A stretch of 64,000 nucleotides of DNA from Podarcis bocagei. Taxonomy: Eukaryota. A program made the position numbers and the translations under genes. The notes under the pieces were generated by a model, which did no database searches, was not told the DNA's origin, and saw only the letters and a program-made list of their open reading frames with translations. This document shows positions 11,393-21,665 of this stretch, piece after piece; the first letter of the stretch is position 1; each line of letters opens with the position of its first letter. The stretch lies in NCBI GenBank assembly GCA_964188305.1, contig OZ076897.1, one strand, 5' to 3'.

Positions 11393-13914
11393 ATTACTTT
11401 AGAATAATAGAAAATGTCTTAGGCCCCACTACATGTGAGTGAGTTAAACCGAGGTCACAGACTATTCAGTTGCTTTGAAATCTGTTAATTCAGCTGATTC
11501 ATTAGTATGTTTGCTGGTATGCTCTGTGTGTTGGCACAAAGGCACACAAGCCATCTTACGGTTTTCTTCGGTGTGTTGCTCATTTTCTGATGGAAAAGGA
11601 TCCAACGAAGCCCCAAGAGCTCCTGAGCAGAATTTATGAAAAACCCGAGTCACACGAACATGACACAAATATATATATTTTAGATGATAAACCTACATAG
11701 TATGTGGGGCTCTCCTTTTCCTTCATCTTCTCCTTCTATATAGGGATACTTGTGTCTGTGTAGTGTCAACCTGTATTTTTCATCTGTAATCCCAAGTCTT
11801 CTGAAGATGAGGTACAACAAATCTTCTTACTGGTTTGTATTCGCTAGAGTTGCTCTTCTTCTCTTTCTCTGTTTTCTCTCCCTCCCTGAGTCTGGTAGGC
11901 ACTGCAAATTCACAGCATTTCTTGACTTTCAGGAAAGTCAATGACAAATGACTCTAGTGTAGTTGGCTAGTGGTTGGCATAAACTCCTGTGTATGTCCGG
12001 GACCTTCCATGAGCTTCCATGGGCTCTGTTGACAAAAGTGATAGAGAAGACATGACTGTGGGAAAAGTCACTTTGCCTTTTTGGTTGTTAAACCCGGCTA
12101 TGGACAGAGTGGCTATTGGAGCGTGTGGATATCTGCGCTGAAAGGTCTTCAGCGCAAATAACACCATTAAACTCTGGTGGTAGTTACTGTTCCAAATGAG
12201 CCTTAATGGAGATTTGTATCTGTAGCATCTGTTGAGAGCCCGTGTATGCTAGATTGCCCAAAGTGGATATTGTGGGTCATGTGCAAATGGAAACAATTCC
12301 ATTTGGGCCCCACACTGAGCTTTGTGCCCAAGTGGCAGATTGACCGAAAGGCCCAAGTGATTAAAGCTGGGTTTAACAGTAGCTAGATCGCTGCTTTGAA
12401 ACGGACTTCGGGCAATTGGTATGAACCTAAAATCATATATTTTAACTTGCCTTGGAATAAGTCAGGAAACGAATCATAGTAGGTTTGTGAGAACATGTCA
12501 GTCTTGGACCATTATTAATCGAAATTTGAGTGCCTAATCTGGGTCTTAATAACCACTGATGTGGCTTGTAGATGATGACACTGGCAACTAGGTTTAATTA
12601 CATTGAAGGAGAAAAGAACTACATTTTCTGGAAATAACGAAAGGGGGGAAGTTAGTGGTAGGCTGAAAGCATCGATCACAGGATAATACAGGATTCATTT
12701 TCAGCATATCTGCATAATTTATTAATATATGTATATATGCTACATATTAGCGTATTGATATATTATTAATATTAATATATGCCTTTGTTAACAGCTTTTA
12801 AACTTTTGTAAATTTGCCAGGGCCTGGCTAGTTCAGATATTCCTTGGGCTAATGATAGCACAGCATGCAGAGAGTTATTCCCCAAAATGGCATGATTTCA
12901 TCCTCTTGTCTCTTTCTATTTATCTTAACAAGGGGACTCCTCCTTCTGTCTGGATTTTCATAGAAGCCAAACCAAATGAGAGCTCATTTCTGAAGACTTT
13001 TCTTGCAAAAGTATGTCTTTAACTTTGCCAAGCTGGAAATAAATCTCTTAATAATTATTGTAACAAACAGAAAATGCGAATAAATAAAATTGACAACTTG
13101 TTGGATGTCTGAACTTTGAAAAGGTTATACAAATCTATTATATACCAGTTTCTCATCCACCATGCCATTCAAAAAATCAGCATACGCAAACCCATCTTTG
13201 TAACGAAACATTTTCTCAAACCTGGGTATGAAAATACTGGTGCTAAGCTTTGGGGCGTGATGCATGTCATTACCTTGGTTTGATTGCTTTTTTTATTCGG
13301 CGTAACGATACATTAAAAAACAAAAAGACGCTTGAATTGGACCTATTGTGGAAAACACAGATCTATGTCTAAAAGCTTTACTTTTTACGTACGACTTTTC
13401 TCAATAGCCTCAAAGTTTCCCCTTTTGTCTTGTTTGCTTCAGTTCCCCAATGCATAATTTCTTTGTTTTGTTTTCGAGAACATCATGATATTTAGTTCGC
13501 ACTGCAAAATTCTCTATTCTGTTTTCAATTCTTTCTCTGCCTAGAGAACTATTGCTTTTTAATATATATTTATATATATATGGTGTTTGGTTGTTGGCTG
13601 GTACGACTTCAACAGATGCATGGGTATATCCAGGAACTTCATGTGCACATTTTGGGTTGCTTTTACTATGTTGACTGCCTGCGCGCATTGAAACACGGAA
13701 GCCTTGATAGAACTGAGGGAGCACTAGTTTGTAACCATTCTAACTATCCTTTGGTACTAGTTTCCCCCCCAAGATATAATCGGTGTATGATCAAAGGCAG
13801 AAGAGGTGGGGAGAAAAGGTGAAGCATGCAGTGGCTGTTAGGTTTATTTTTTACTTGGGGTTATGTAAACTCCAATTCCACCCCCATCCAACTCCCAAAA
13901 AAATCCATTGTGGA

Positions 13915-14290
13915 AATTGTGCCTGGTGTGAATTACGTACATAAAAGCTGAAGAAGGCCAAGGGTCCCTCTATTCTAGCCATCTGGTTCCAGCAATGACC
14001 AGCTAGGTTCCTCTGAAAAACCCCACAAGCAGAGCACGAAGGCAACAACCCTCCACTATTGTTTATTCCCAGCATCTCTGTACACAGACGTTTTGCGGCT
14101 GATAGGCATTTCCACCATGAATTTTTTCTCACCCCTCCCCTCTTATTTTAAAGACATCGTGGCCAGCGGCCATCGCCACATCCTCCGGCAGCGAATGTCA
14201 TGTATTGTGCTTTCGCTTGCCTGATTCGAACTTGCTGCTGGATCAGTTTTGATTTGGGTGGTCCCAAGTTCTCACAATATGGGAGACGGA
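13915..14290 (-). mobile_element. Old CR1/SINE-like 3' fragment
   Basis: Resembles common squamate retroelement 3' ends (ggccaagggtcc..tctagc..ccccacaagcag); identity by recall only. Confidence 0.35.
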
Positions 14291-14720
14291 GGAAAATCTG
14301 CCTTACCTGCTAAGTAGACAGGAAAGCGACCTTGCTAGTAATACCTGTGCATGATTATGCTGCCTGAACCAGGTTGTGCCTTTCCCCTTCCCTGCCACAA
14401 GCTTCTGCAGGGTTCACAAAAAACTGTCCCGAAGCCTTAGCCCTAAGTGCTAGAAATGTTGTGGTCCTCCAGATTTGTTTCTTGAAGTAAGGTGAGATTT
14501 CTCGGGATGGGGCATCCTTGGCCCTTGTCGTAGAAATGCAGATGCGCGGAACGCAAAGAGGCCTTCTCAGACTGTTGCTGTAGATGTCTTTTCAAAAGCG
14601 TTTGGTTGGCTAGGTAAAGCAAATGCCTTTTGCATAAATGTGTTCTGAAACAGCCTTTTCCATTACTGCCCTTGCAGCGATTTACTTCCGTGGTTTCTTT
14701 CTCGCTTTGTCTTCAACCAG

Positions 14721-14844
14721 GACGCAGGAAGCCAGCAGATAGGCTTCTTGCTCGGAAGCTGTGGTGTGACGGTGGCCTTGACTAGCGATGCATGCCACAA
14801 AGGACTGCCTAAGAGCCCTACAGGGGAAATACCACAATTTAAAG
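14721..14844 (+). CDS. DIP2C: DIP2C exon (~11), DAGSQQIGFLLGSCGVTVALTSDACHKGLPKSPTGEIPQFK
   Basis: ccag|GAC...AAAG|gtaggc, 124 nt; not in the ORF track on this strand. Confidence 0.97.
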
Positions 14845-15224
14845 GTAGGCTCGCTCTTGCTAAGTCACAGTACTGTACGCCTGATTGCATGTACACCGCA
14901 TAGTAAAGAAGAGGAAGTGTATAGAGCTGCATTGATTTTCAGGCACCAGACAGAATAAAAGGCCTAGATGGTGTTTCTTCTCCCATCAGCTCCAACTATC
15001 CTGGCTAATGGGCAGGAATGTCCAACAACATCTGGGGGGCCACAGATTCCCCATCCCTGTGCTAGATGAGCTAGCTTTCATACCACATGTTTTGATATGG
15101 CATAAGGATGCTTCGTTTTAACCATTTTTATTAAGTACCATTATTATTATTTTTTAAAACCCATTATGGTCAATGAATGCTTTTAAAAATAAAATAAAAG
15201 CAACACTTTGTGTTTACTTCTAAG

Positions 15225-15334
15225 GCTGGCCAAAGCTGCTATGGTTTGTCACAGAATCGAAACACCTATCGAAACCTCCTCGAGACTGGTTCCCACATAT
15301 CAAAGATGCAAACAATGACACAGCTTACATTGAG
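15225..15334 (+). CDS. DIP2C: DIP2C exon (~12), GWPKLLWFVTESKHLSKPPRDWFPHIKDANNDTAYIE
   Basis: taag|GC...GAG|gtgagt, 110 nt. Confidence 0.96.
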
Positions 15335-16086
15335 GTGAGTCCAGGTCTTTGGAGAGCTACTAAAAGTCAGTGCAGACAAGATGGGCCTACATGTTATAAA
15401 TCGCCTTCCTGTATTCCTAGAATTTCAGATTGAAGAGCTCCAGGGATCTGGTGTGATCAATTAAACACTCAGACTCATTCCTGCCATTACAGCCAGTTCA
15501 AACCTGAGAATGTATTGTTATGAGGAAGGTTTTTGTAATGGCTTTGTCTGGCTCTTTAGGGAGTGGGGATAATGGAGGGCTGGAGACTTGTAGAGAATTT
15601 GCAGGATATGTGAATGAAGAAACAGGTAGCTGGCAGAGGAAGTTTGAAATCTTGGTGGCTGAATACTGGTTGTTTAATCATTTTTAACTGGGGGTGGGGC
15701 ATGTCATTTGTTTGCTGAGTTAGTGTTGCAGGGCCAATGACGTGCTCCTGCATTGAGTGAACAGGGTGGGAACAGAGGCTCTGGCAAAGCTTCACCTTTT
15801 CATTATACACATCAGCCATCCATTCCCCCAAGCAAATAGCAGAAAGCAGTTGCAATTCACAGGAGAGCCCTTTTCGTTGTCTCATTCAACAGGCACATCC
15901 CTCCCCAATGTATCTTTGCTAGCATGATGAAAATGGCAGACGCGCATAATCCACGGAGGCCCTTAGGATTTCGGTCTTGTAGTCTGGATGGAGCCATCCT
16001 CCAGGCTGCTTTCAGATGACCGTCCCTTTAGGTCCTTGAGTTTTTGTGGTTCCCTGAATCTTGATGAGAAAAAATTTCTCTTGCAG

Positions 16087-16189
16087 TACAAAACATGCAA
16101 AGATGGAAGTGTTCTCGGGGTTACTGTGACGAGAATCGCACTTCTGACCCATTGCCAAGCTCTTACACAGGCATGTGGATACACAGAAG
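16087..16189 (+). CDS. DIP2C: DIP2C exon (~13), YKTCKDGSVLGVTVTRIALLTHCQALTQACGYTE
   Basis: gcag|TAC...GAAG|gtattt, 103 nt. Confidence 0.96.
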
Positions 16190-17108
16190 GTATTTCAGCA
16201 TTGTCTCTTAATTCCTGAAACATTTTTTTTTCATGGTTCTGTGAAACTGGCATAATAGTTCTTGAAGATGATAATGACAAAGCCCCACTCTCCTCTGCCC
16301 TAGCAGTGATTGGATTGGCTCAGACTAAGCCATTGTCCCCCCACCAATCATGGGAGAAATAATGCATTCTATTTCTTGGTCAATCTGATTTGAGTTCCAA
16401 GATCTTCCGCCATTGCAGTAGCCCTTGAGGAAGCCATATTTCCTAGGGGCTACATAGGGCTGGGGGGGGGAGAGCTCTACCTCCCACTTGTTGACATTAT
16501 AACAGCAACACCATCCAGGTAAGCAGGTGGAAGGGAAAGGGATTTGGAAGGTGATGAGTGAGAGAGAGAGAGAGCGCTTGGGGTTGGCTAGCTGGGAGAA
16601 CTGATGGAGTGGGGATACCATTTCTGCTTTAGATTAAAATCCCAGTTGGAGAAGAATTCCATGGGTTGTGGTGTTTGTCTCGCATTAAGGTGAGCATCAC
16701 TAGCCTCTTGAAATTTGTATTTCCCAGTTCCAAAAGGCAAGTCTTGGTGGCATCTCGGTTGTCTTTATTTTTTAATATGCTGTTCTTACTGCTTTGTTTT
16801 CAACATCGTCCCACTCCCCAACCTTTTAGAATATGGCTTGTTTTGAAGTGAACCATTGGTTATGACATGCAATGCAAATGAAAACATGAGTGGGAGGGGA
16901 AAGAAGAAATGGTCTGGCCAAGAGCAATCAGTCAGTAACGATTTATCTCAAATGGTTCTGCAGCTCATCTGGTGGCAATTTTTTTAGCATCAACATTTTA
17001 TTACAATCACTTCTTAAAGCGGGCTGTTTTTTTGTTTTGTTTTTTTGCAGACTGTGCTACACACTCAGTAACTAACCTTGTTTTGTTGTTGTTGTTTTGG
17101 TCACGCAG

Positions 17109-17173
17109 CCGAAACCATTGTGAACGTATTAGATTTCAAGAAAGATGTAGGATTATGGCATGGGATTCTTACG
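17109..17173 (+). CDS. DIP2C: DIP2C exon (~14), AETIVNVLDFKKDVGLWHGILT
   Basis: gcag|CC...ACG|gtaaga, 65 nt. Confidence 0.96.
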
Positions 17174-18163
17174 GTAAGATAACTGCTCATTAAAGTAATG
17201 GTTTAAAAATGAGAATGGAGTGTTTTACATTTCCATAGGAAGTCGGAGCATTCTCTGGATGTTTACCTTCTGATGCTAGATGGACTTTTGAAACATTAGG
17301 AAACTTGGTAGGTGCAGAAATCATTGTTGGCGAGATGAGTGAACCAAAGACCTTCTGAATCCACAACTCTCTCCAGTGGTGGACAGCCTGGGAAGTTCCA
17401 TCTCTTCTTGTTCTTCACATGTGGTCTTTGAAGATGTACTGTCTCTGAACGTGAAGGTTCTAAAGGGAAAAAGAACAGAACTTTCTTTGACTCACCCTTG
17501 AGCCTAGAATACTTACAAAGCCAGCTGGAGGTTTTATATTTGTATTCATAAGAGAAGGAGACAAGAGAGAGGCCAGAAGAACGATTGAAGTAATAACAGC
17601 AGACAGTAATTCAGTTCCATAAGTATTATTTTTGGGGTTGGGCTCTGGTGAACCTTCATCTAAGAATCAAAAGCGAAAAACTCTGGCAGGTCTGTTCAAT
17701 GCAATGCAGCAAATATTTTGATTTCCAGCTCCACCCTTGGTTGACTTCCAGCTGTGGGGTGCTCCATGCTGAGGAAGGTGTGTGTGAATGAGAACTATTC
17801 CTTCCTTAGATGTGGAACCCCAATAATTGGAAGCGTGATGAGAGTTGCTTTCAAACAAGGCAGAATGCATGATATTATAGCTGGTTGCGCTTCTGAAGGG
17901 AACAAAATTAGAAATGACAAAGAAGGGGATTTCCTAATAGGGCAGAGATGGCCACCTGCTGTCCAGGTCCTCTGAGCACTTGTCTCTAGAGGTCTCAAGG
18001 CTCTTCCTGTGTAGCCACTGAAGTTAATGCATATTTCTTGTGTATGATCATAGGAGCAAGGGCTTGATTCAGGACATTTGCTTTTTCTACAAGGTCATCA
18101 TAGAACTTCGTTGTAAAATAAAATGTTCATATGAGCAGAATGTTGATAACCAAAGTGTTGATA

Positions 18164-18537
18164 GTCAAAGTGTTGGTGCTGACCTTTAAAGCCCTAAACG
18201 GCCTCAGCCCAGTATACCTGAAAGAGCGTCTCCACCCCGATCGTTCAGCCCAGACACTGAGGTCCTCCTCCGAGGGTGTTCTGCTGGTTCACTCACTGCG
18301 AGAAGCGAGGTTACAGGGAACCAGGCAGAGGGTCTTCTAGGTAGTGGCGCCCTCCCTGTGGAACACCCTTCCTTCAGATGTCAAGGAAATAAACAACTAT
18401 CTGACTCTTAGAAGACATCTGAAGGCAGCCCTTTATCAGGAAGTTTTTAATGTTTGATGTTTTAGAGTGGCTGGGGAAACTCAGCCAGATGGGCGGGGTA
18501 TAACTAATAAAATTATCATCATCATCATCATCATCAT
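18164..18537 (+). mobile_element. 5'-truncated L2/CR1-clade LINE 3' end with microsatellite tail
   Basis: KVLVLTFKALNGLSPVYLKERL C-terminal ORF2 motif; 3' gggcggggtataa followed by (atc)n. Confidence 0.75.
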
Positions 18538-20353
18538 GTTGATATTATAAAATATTAAACATAGTTGAGATTTTTTTTATTGGTTTGTTTTGGTTTTCAA
18601 AACACCAAAAAGACAAGATTACAAACTGCACGTCCTGCAGACTTTGGTTTTCTGCTCAGTTTGAAAAATCCCAATGATTTAATATGCCTGGGCTAATGGT
18701 AATATAATTGGCTCTGCTGCTCAATTAAAAGAAAGGATCAAGAAAGTGAAGGAATGACTTTAATGTTAAATAGTTTACAGATAGTAATGTTGAACTATTA
18801 TGATTCTAATTCAGTGCCTTTCAAACTTGGGTGTCCAGTTGTTGTTGCACTACAACTCCCATCATCCTTACCTAGACAGATCAGGAACGTGGGAATTGTA
18901 GTCCAACAACAGCTGGACACCCAAGTTTCAGAAACACTGTTTTATTTCTTGAGAGTCTGTGTAACCAAAGTAGTGAGCAAAGTTTTTTTTTTTTAATGGT
19001 TTCAGAAGTTGTGCTATATCTGAAGACATTTGTGATAGCCGAAGCGTTATGCTAAGAATTTACTAACATTGTTGCAGTTCTCCAGCCAGATTTATCTTAT
19101 TTCTGGGGTTAATATCTATATTTTTAATTTTCTACGGAGTCATTTATTTTTATACATATTGGCTGATTTCCAGCCCAGTCATATAGCGGGACAGTCTCTC
19201 TCCACCCCACCCACCCAGGCAATGAAACATGTTAGCTTATTTTAAACAGTTTTCTTTGCATTCCTATTTTAAGCCTCTCAGATGACCTTTTGAGGTTATT
19301 GGGGCAAATGTACTGTATAACTTATTTTTAGGAAGGATTAACTACCTCTTTTGGAGTTCCTAGAGATGTCAAAGCCTGGGGGAAAACCCAGAAAGATTGG
19401 GGGTGGGGGTGGGGAATCAGTTTCCCCCTCCCCTGAGGCCCCTCGTTTCTTTTTCCCCAGTTGTTAAACTCGGTATATAGGGAAAATTAAAGGGAGGAAC
19501 AAAAAAACCTCTTGTGAGCTATTTCTTCTTTTGAAATAATAAAAATTCTTTTAAGGCAGGATTTCAAAATACTGTTTTTGTCAAAGTTTGCTCCCCACAA
19601 ATGACAATGTAGGACAGTCTGCAGTATTAGGAAATTACTGCCCATCCCACTGTAGAAAAACGCAACTCCAAATCCAATTCTGTGTGAAGTTATGTGTAAT
19701 AGATTTTACATTCTTTAAGTAGAAAATTGGCTTAGAACTGATAAGAAAACAAGACTGTGTACAGTATATTGAAATTTCCCTCACAAAATGTTGTTCAGTT
19801 CCTGAAAAATACCTGCCTTCTTCCCAACAGCTTCAGGATTTCAGGAAAATTTATACTCAATCTTCAATTAGCTGATAAAGGTTTCTCTCTAGTTTCTCTG
19901 CCTTTTACTTGATGTGAATAGCGTGTCTTGCCCTCATCACTCAGTTGATCATTCCAGAGCTTGAAATCGCTATTCAAAAGCCATAAGCATAACTTAATTT
20001 AGGGCCACACAGGCCTGTATGTTGTTTGATTACTGAACACTTGACTTGCACCTGCATGTGTGAATTGGTTCCATTCAGAATCCTTTAGTTTTTAGGAGAT
20101 GTTGGAGGCTATGAAAGTTTTGATCTCTGATGTTCTGTTCCACAACGGCTCCTTCTCCCTGCAATCCCTCCTTAGTTTGTAGTGACTTTATTTACTTCGC
20201 AGTTCTGTAAAAGGGTTTGAAAACGAGAACTGCTTTAGAAATGCACCATTCGTCTTTTTTGGTTCATATATTGAGATCAAGGCTAGACACGTCAAATTCA
20301 GTTAAACATGTAAACTCATACAGGGAAATCCAGTAGGGAAAAATGGGACCCCA

Positions 20354-20386
20354 CAGCGCCATCTGGTGTCACAGTGTTATATTGCA
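20354..20386 (-). promoter_or_regulatory. Candidate CTCF site (core plus upstream module)
   Basis: Minus strand tgcaatat-N7-tgacaccagatggcgctg; close to the CCASYAGRKGGCRS core with a TGCART upstream motif. Confidence 0.55.
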
Positions 20387-20566
20387 TATACAACGCATAT
20401 AAAGTGCCTTTTCTTTACCAGCCTAGCTGAGTCCCTAATCTTAAACCCTTTTTGATAGGTAACCAAAAATATGTAGCACTTACAACAGAGCTGGGATTTG
20501 TTTTAGTGAAGAGTTGTGGTTTGTTTCATTACTGCTGAAACCTGTGTTCCCTTCACTTAATTTCAG

Positions 20567-20660
20567 AGTGTTATGAACATGATGCATGTCATAAGCATCC
20601 CCTATTCCTTAATGAAAGTGAACCCACTTTCGTGGATACAGAAGGTCTGCCAGTACAAAG
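20567..20660 (+). CDS. DIP2C: DIP2C exon (~15), SVMNMMHVISIPYSLMKVNPLSWIQKVCQYK
   Basis: tcag|AGT...AAAG|gtaagg, 94 nt. Confidence 0.96.
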
Positions 20661-21545
20661 GTAAGGGCTGCGTACCTGTGCATGCACATCCATTCACACA
20701 CAAACCCACAGGTGCTTTGAGAGGATGGAAGTTAAGCTGCATATAAAGTTGTAAAACACGGATAGAGTATCTGTGACCCTTCCCATCATCTCTGACCCTT
20801 GGCTATGCTGACTAGGGCTGATGTATCAACAGAGCTGCAGTTTTCCCACCCCTGGTCTAAAACGTAATGGTGGTGATGTTGGAATAGCAATTGCACACAC
20901 CTGTAAATTAATTTGTTTCTGTAGCTTTAAGTTGGTGAGTAGGTGCAATAGCAAGGGTCATTTGGGACACACACCATGACGCATCTGGAAAGCTATTGGA
21001 GTTTATTTCAGCTTGTGTATTAAAAAGACAAGCAGCCAGTTGTTCAGTAGTGGTTTCATTCTGTTAGAAGCCTGGCTTGATCTTCTCTGTTGTTGCATGT
21101 CTGATGGCTTTGCCAGAGAGCTCTACTTAAACAGGGTCCTCCCCAGTCTATACTGCTACAGTTGTGCTAGGCTTCCTTGTTTGCTAGTCAGTGAAGTTTG
21201 CCAAGCCTTCGTCTTCCAAGATTCCACCTGCTTTATTCAGCCACTTCTGTAACAGGTGAAGCCTAGAACCCAGGCAACCTTTCTGTGCCTGTAACAGAAT
21301 TCCTTTGTGGCTTGTCTGAAGGGCCATAAAATACGAAGCCCTAATTGAGATCTCGGAAGTTTCCTATCCCTGGTATATGTGACAGGTCAAAGTAAATAAT
21401 ACATCTTTGGTATCTTCTGGTTGTTTTGCCATTGTTTTCATCGAATGCAATTTCTGCTACGCTTGGACAAGTTTTGAACTTCATATTCCCAAATCTTCTT
21501 TCCTCTTTTCCTCTCTGTTTCTCCTCCCCCTATCCTGGTCCCCAG

Positions 21546-21665
21546 CGAAAGTTGCCTGTGTGAAATCCAGGGATATGCACTGGGCATTAGTAGCGCATAG
21601 AGATCAACGAGATATCAACCTCTCCTCCCTCCGTATGCTAATAGTTGCTGATGGCGCCAACCCAT
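21546..21665 (+). CDS. DIP2C: DIP2C exon (~16), AKVACVKSRDMHWALVAHRDQRDINLSSLRMLIVADGANP
   Basis: ccag|CG...CCAT|gtaagt, 120 nt. Confidence 0.96.

Larger units (their letters stand above)
6328..13837 (+). ncRNA. Putative array of long intronic RNA hairpins (H1-H6) with pseudoknotted apical domains; family not recognised
   Basis: Many collinear nested helices of 7-15 bp with near-constant register per hairpin and mostly G-U non-canonical pairs on the + strand (details in findings); found by eye. Confidence 0.65.

Noticed and set aside
12564-12670. Box C/D snoRNA candidate (ATGATGA at 12572, CTGA at 12663, gctt/aagc stem)
   Set aside because: Stem spacing is atypical, I could find no convincing rRNA/snRNA guide, and the region is better explained as the 3' arm of H5; snoScan would settle it
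8655-13837. Hairpins as endogenous deltavirus/obelisk-like genomes or MITEs
   Set aside because: No ORF, no recognisable HDV-like or hammerhead ribozyme, pairing is too interrupted, and there are no TIR/TSD signatures
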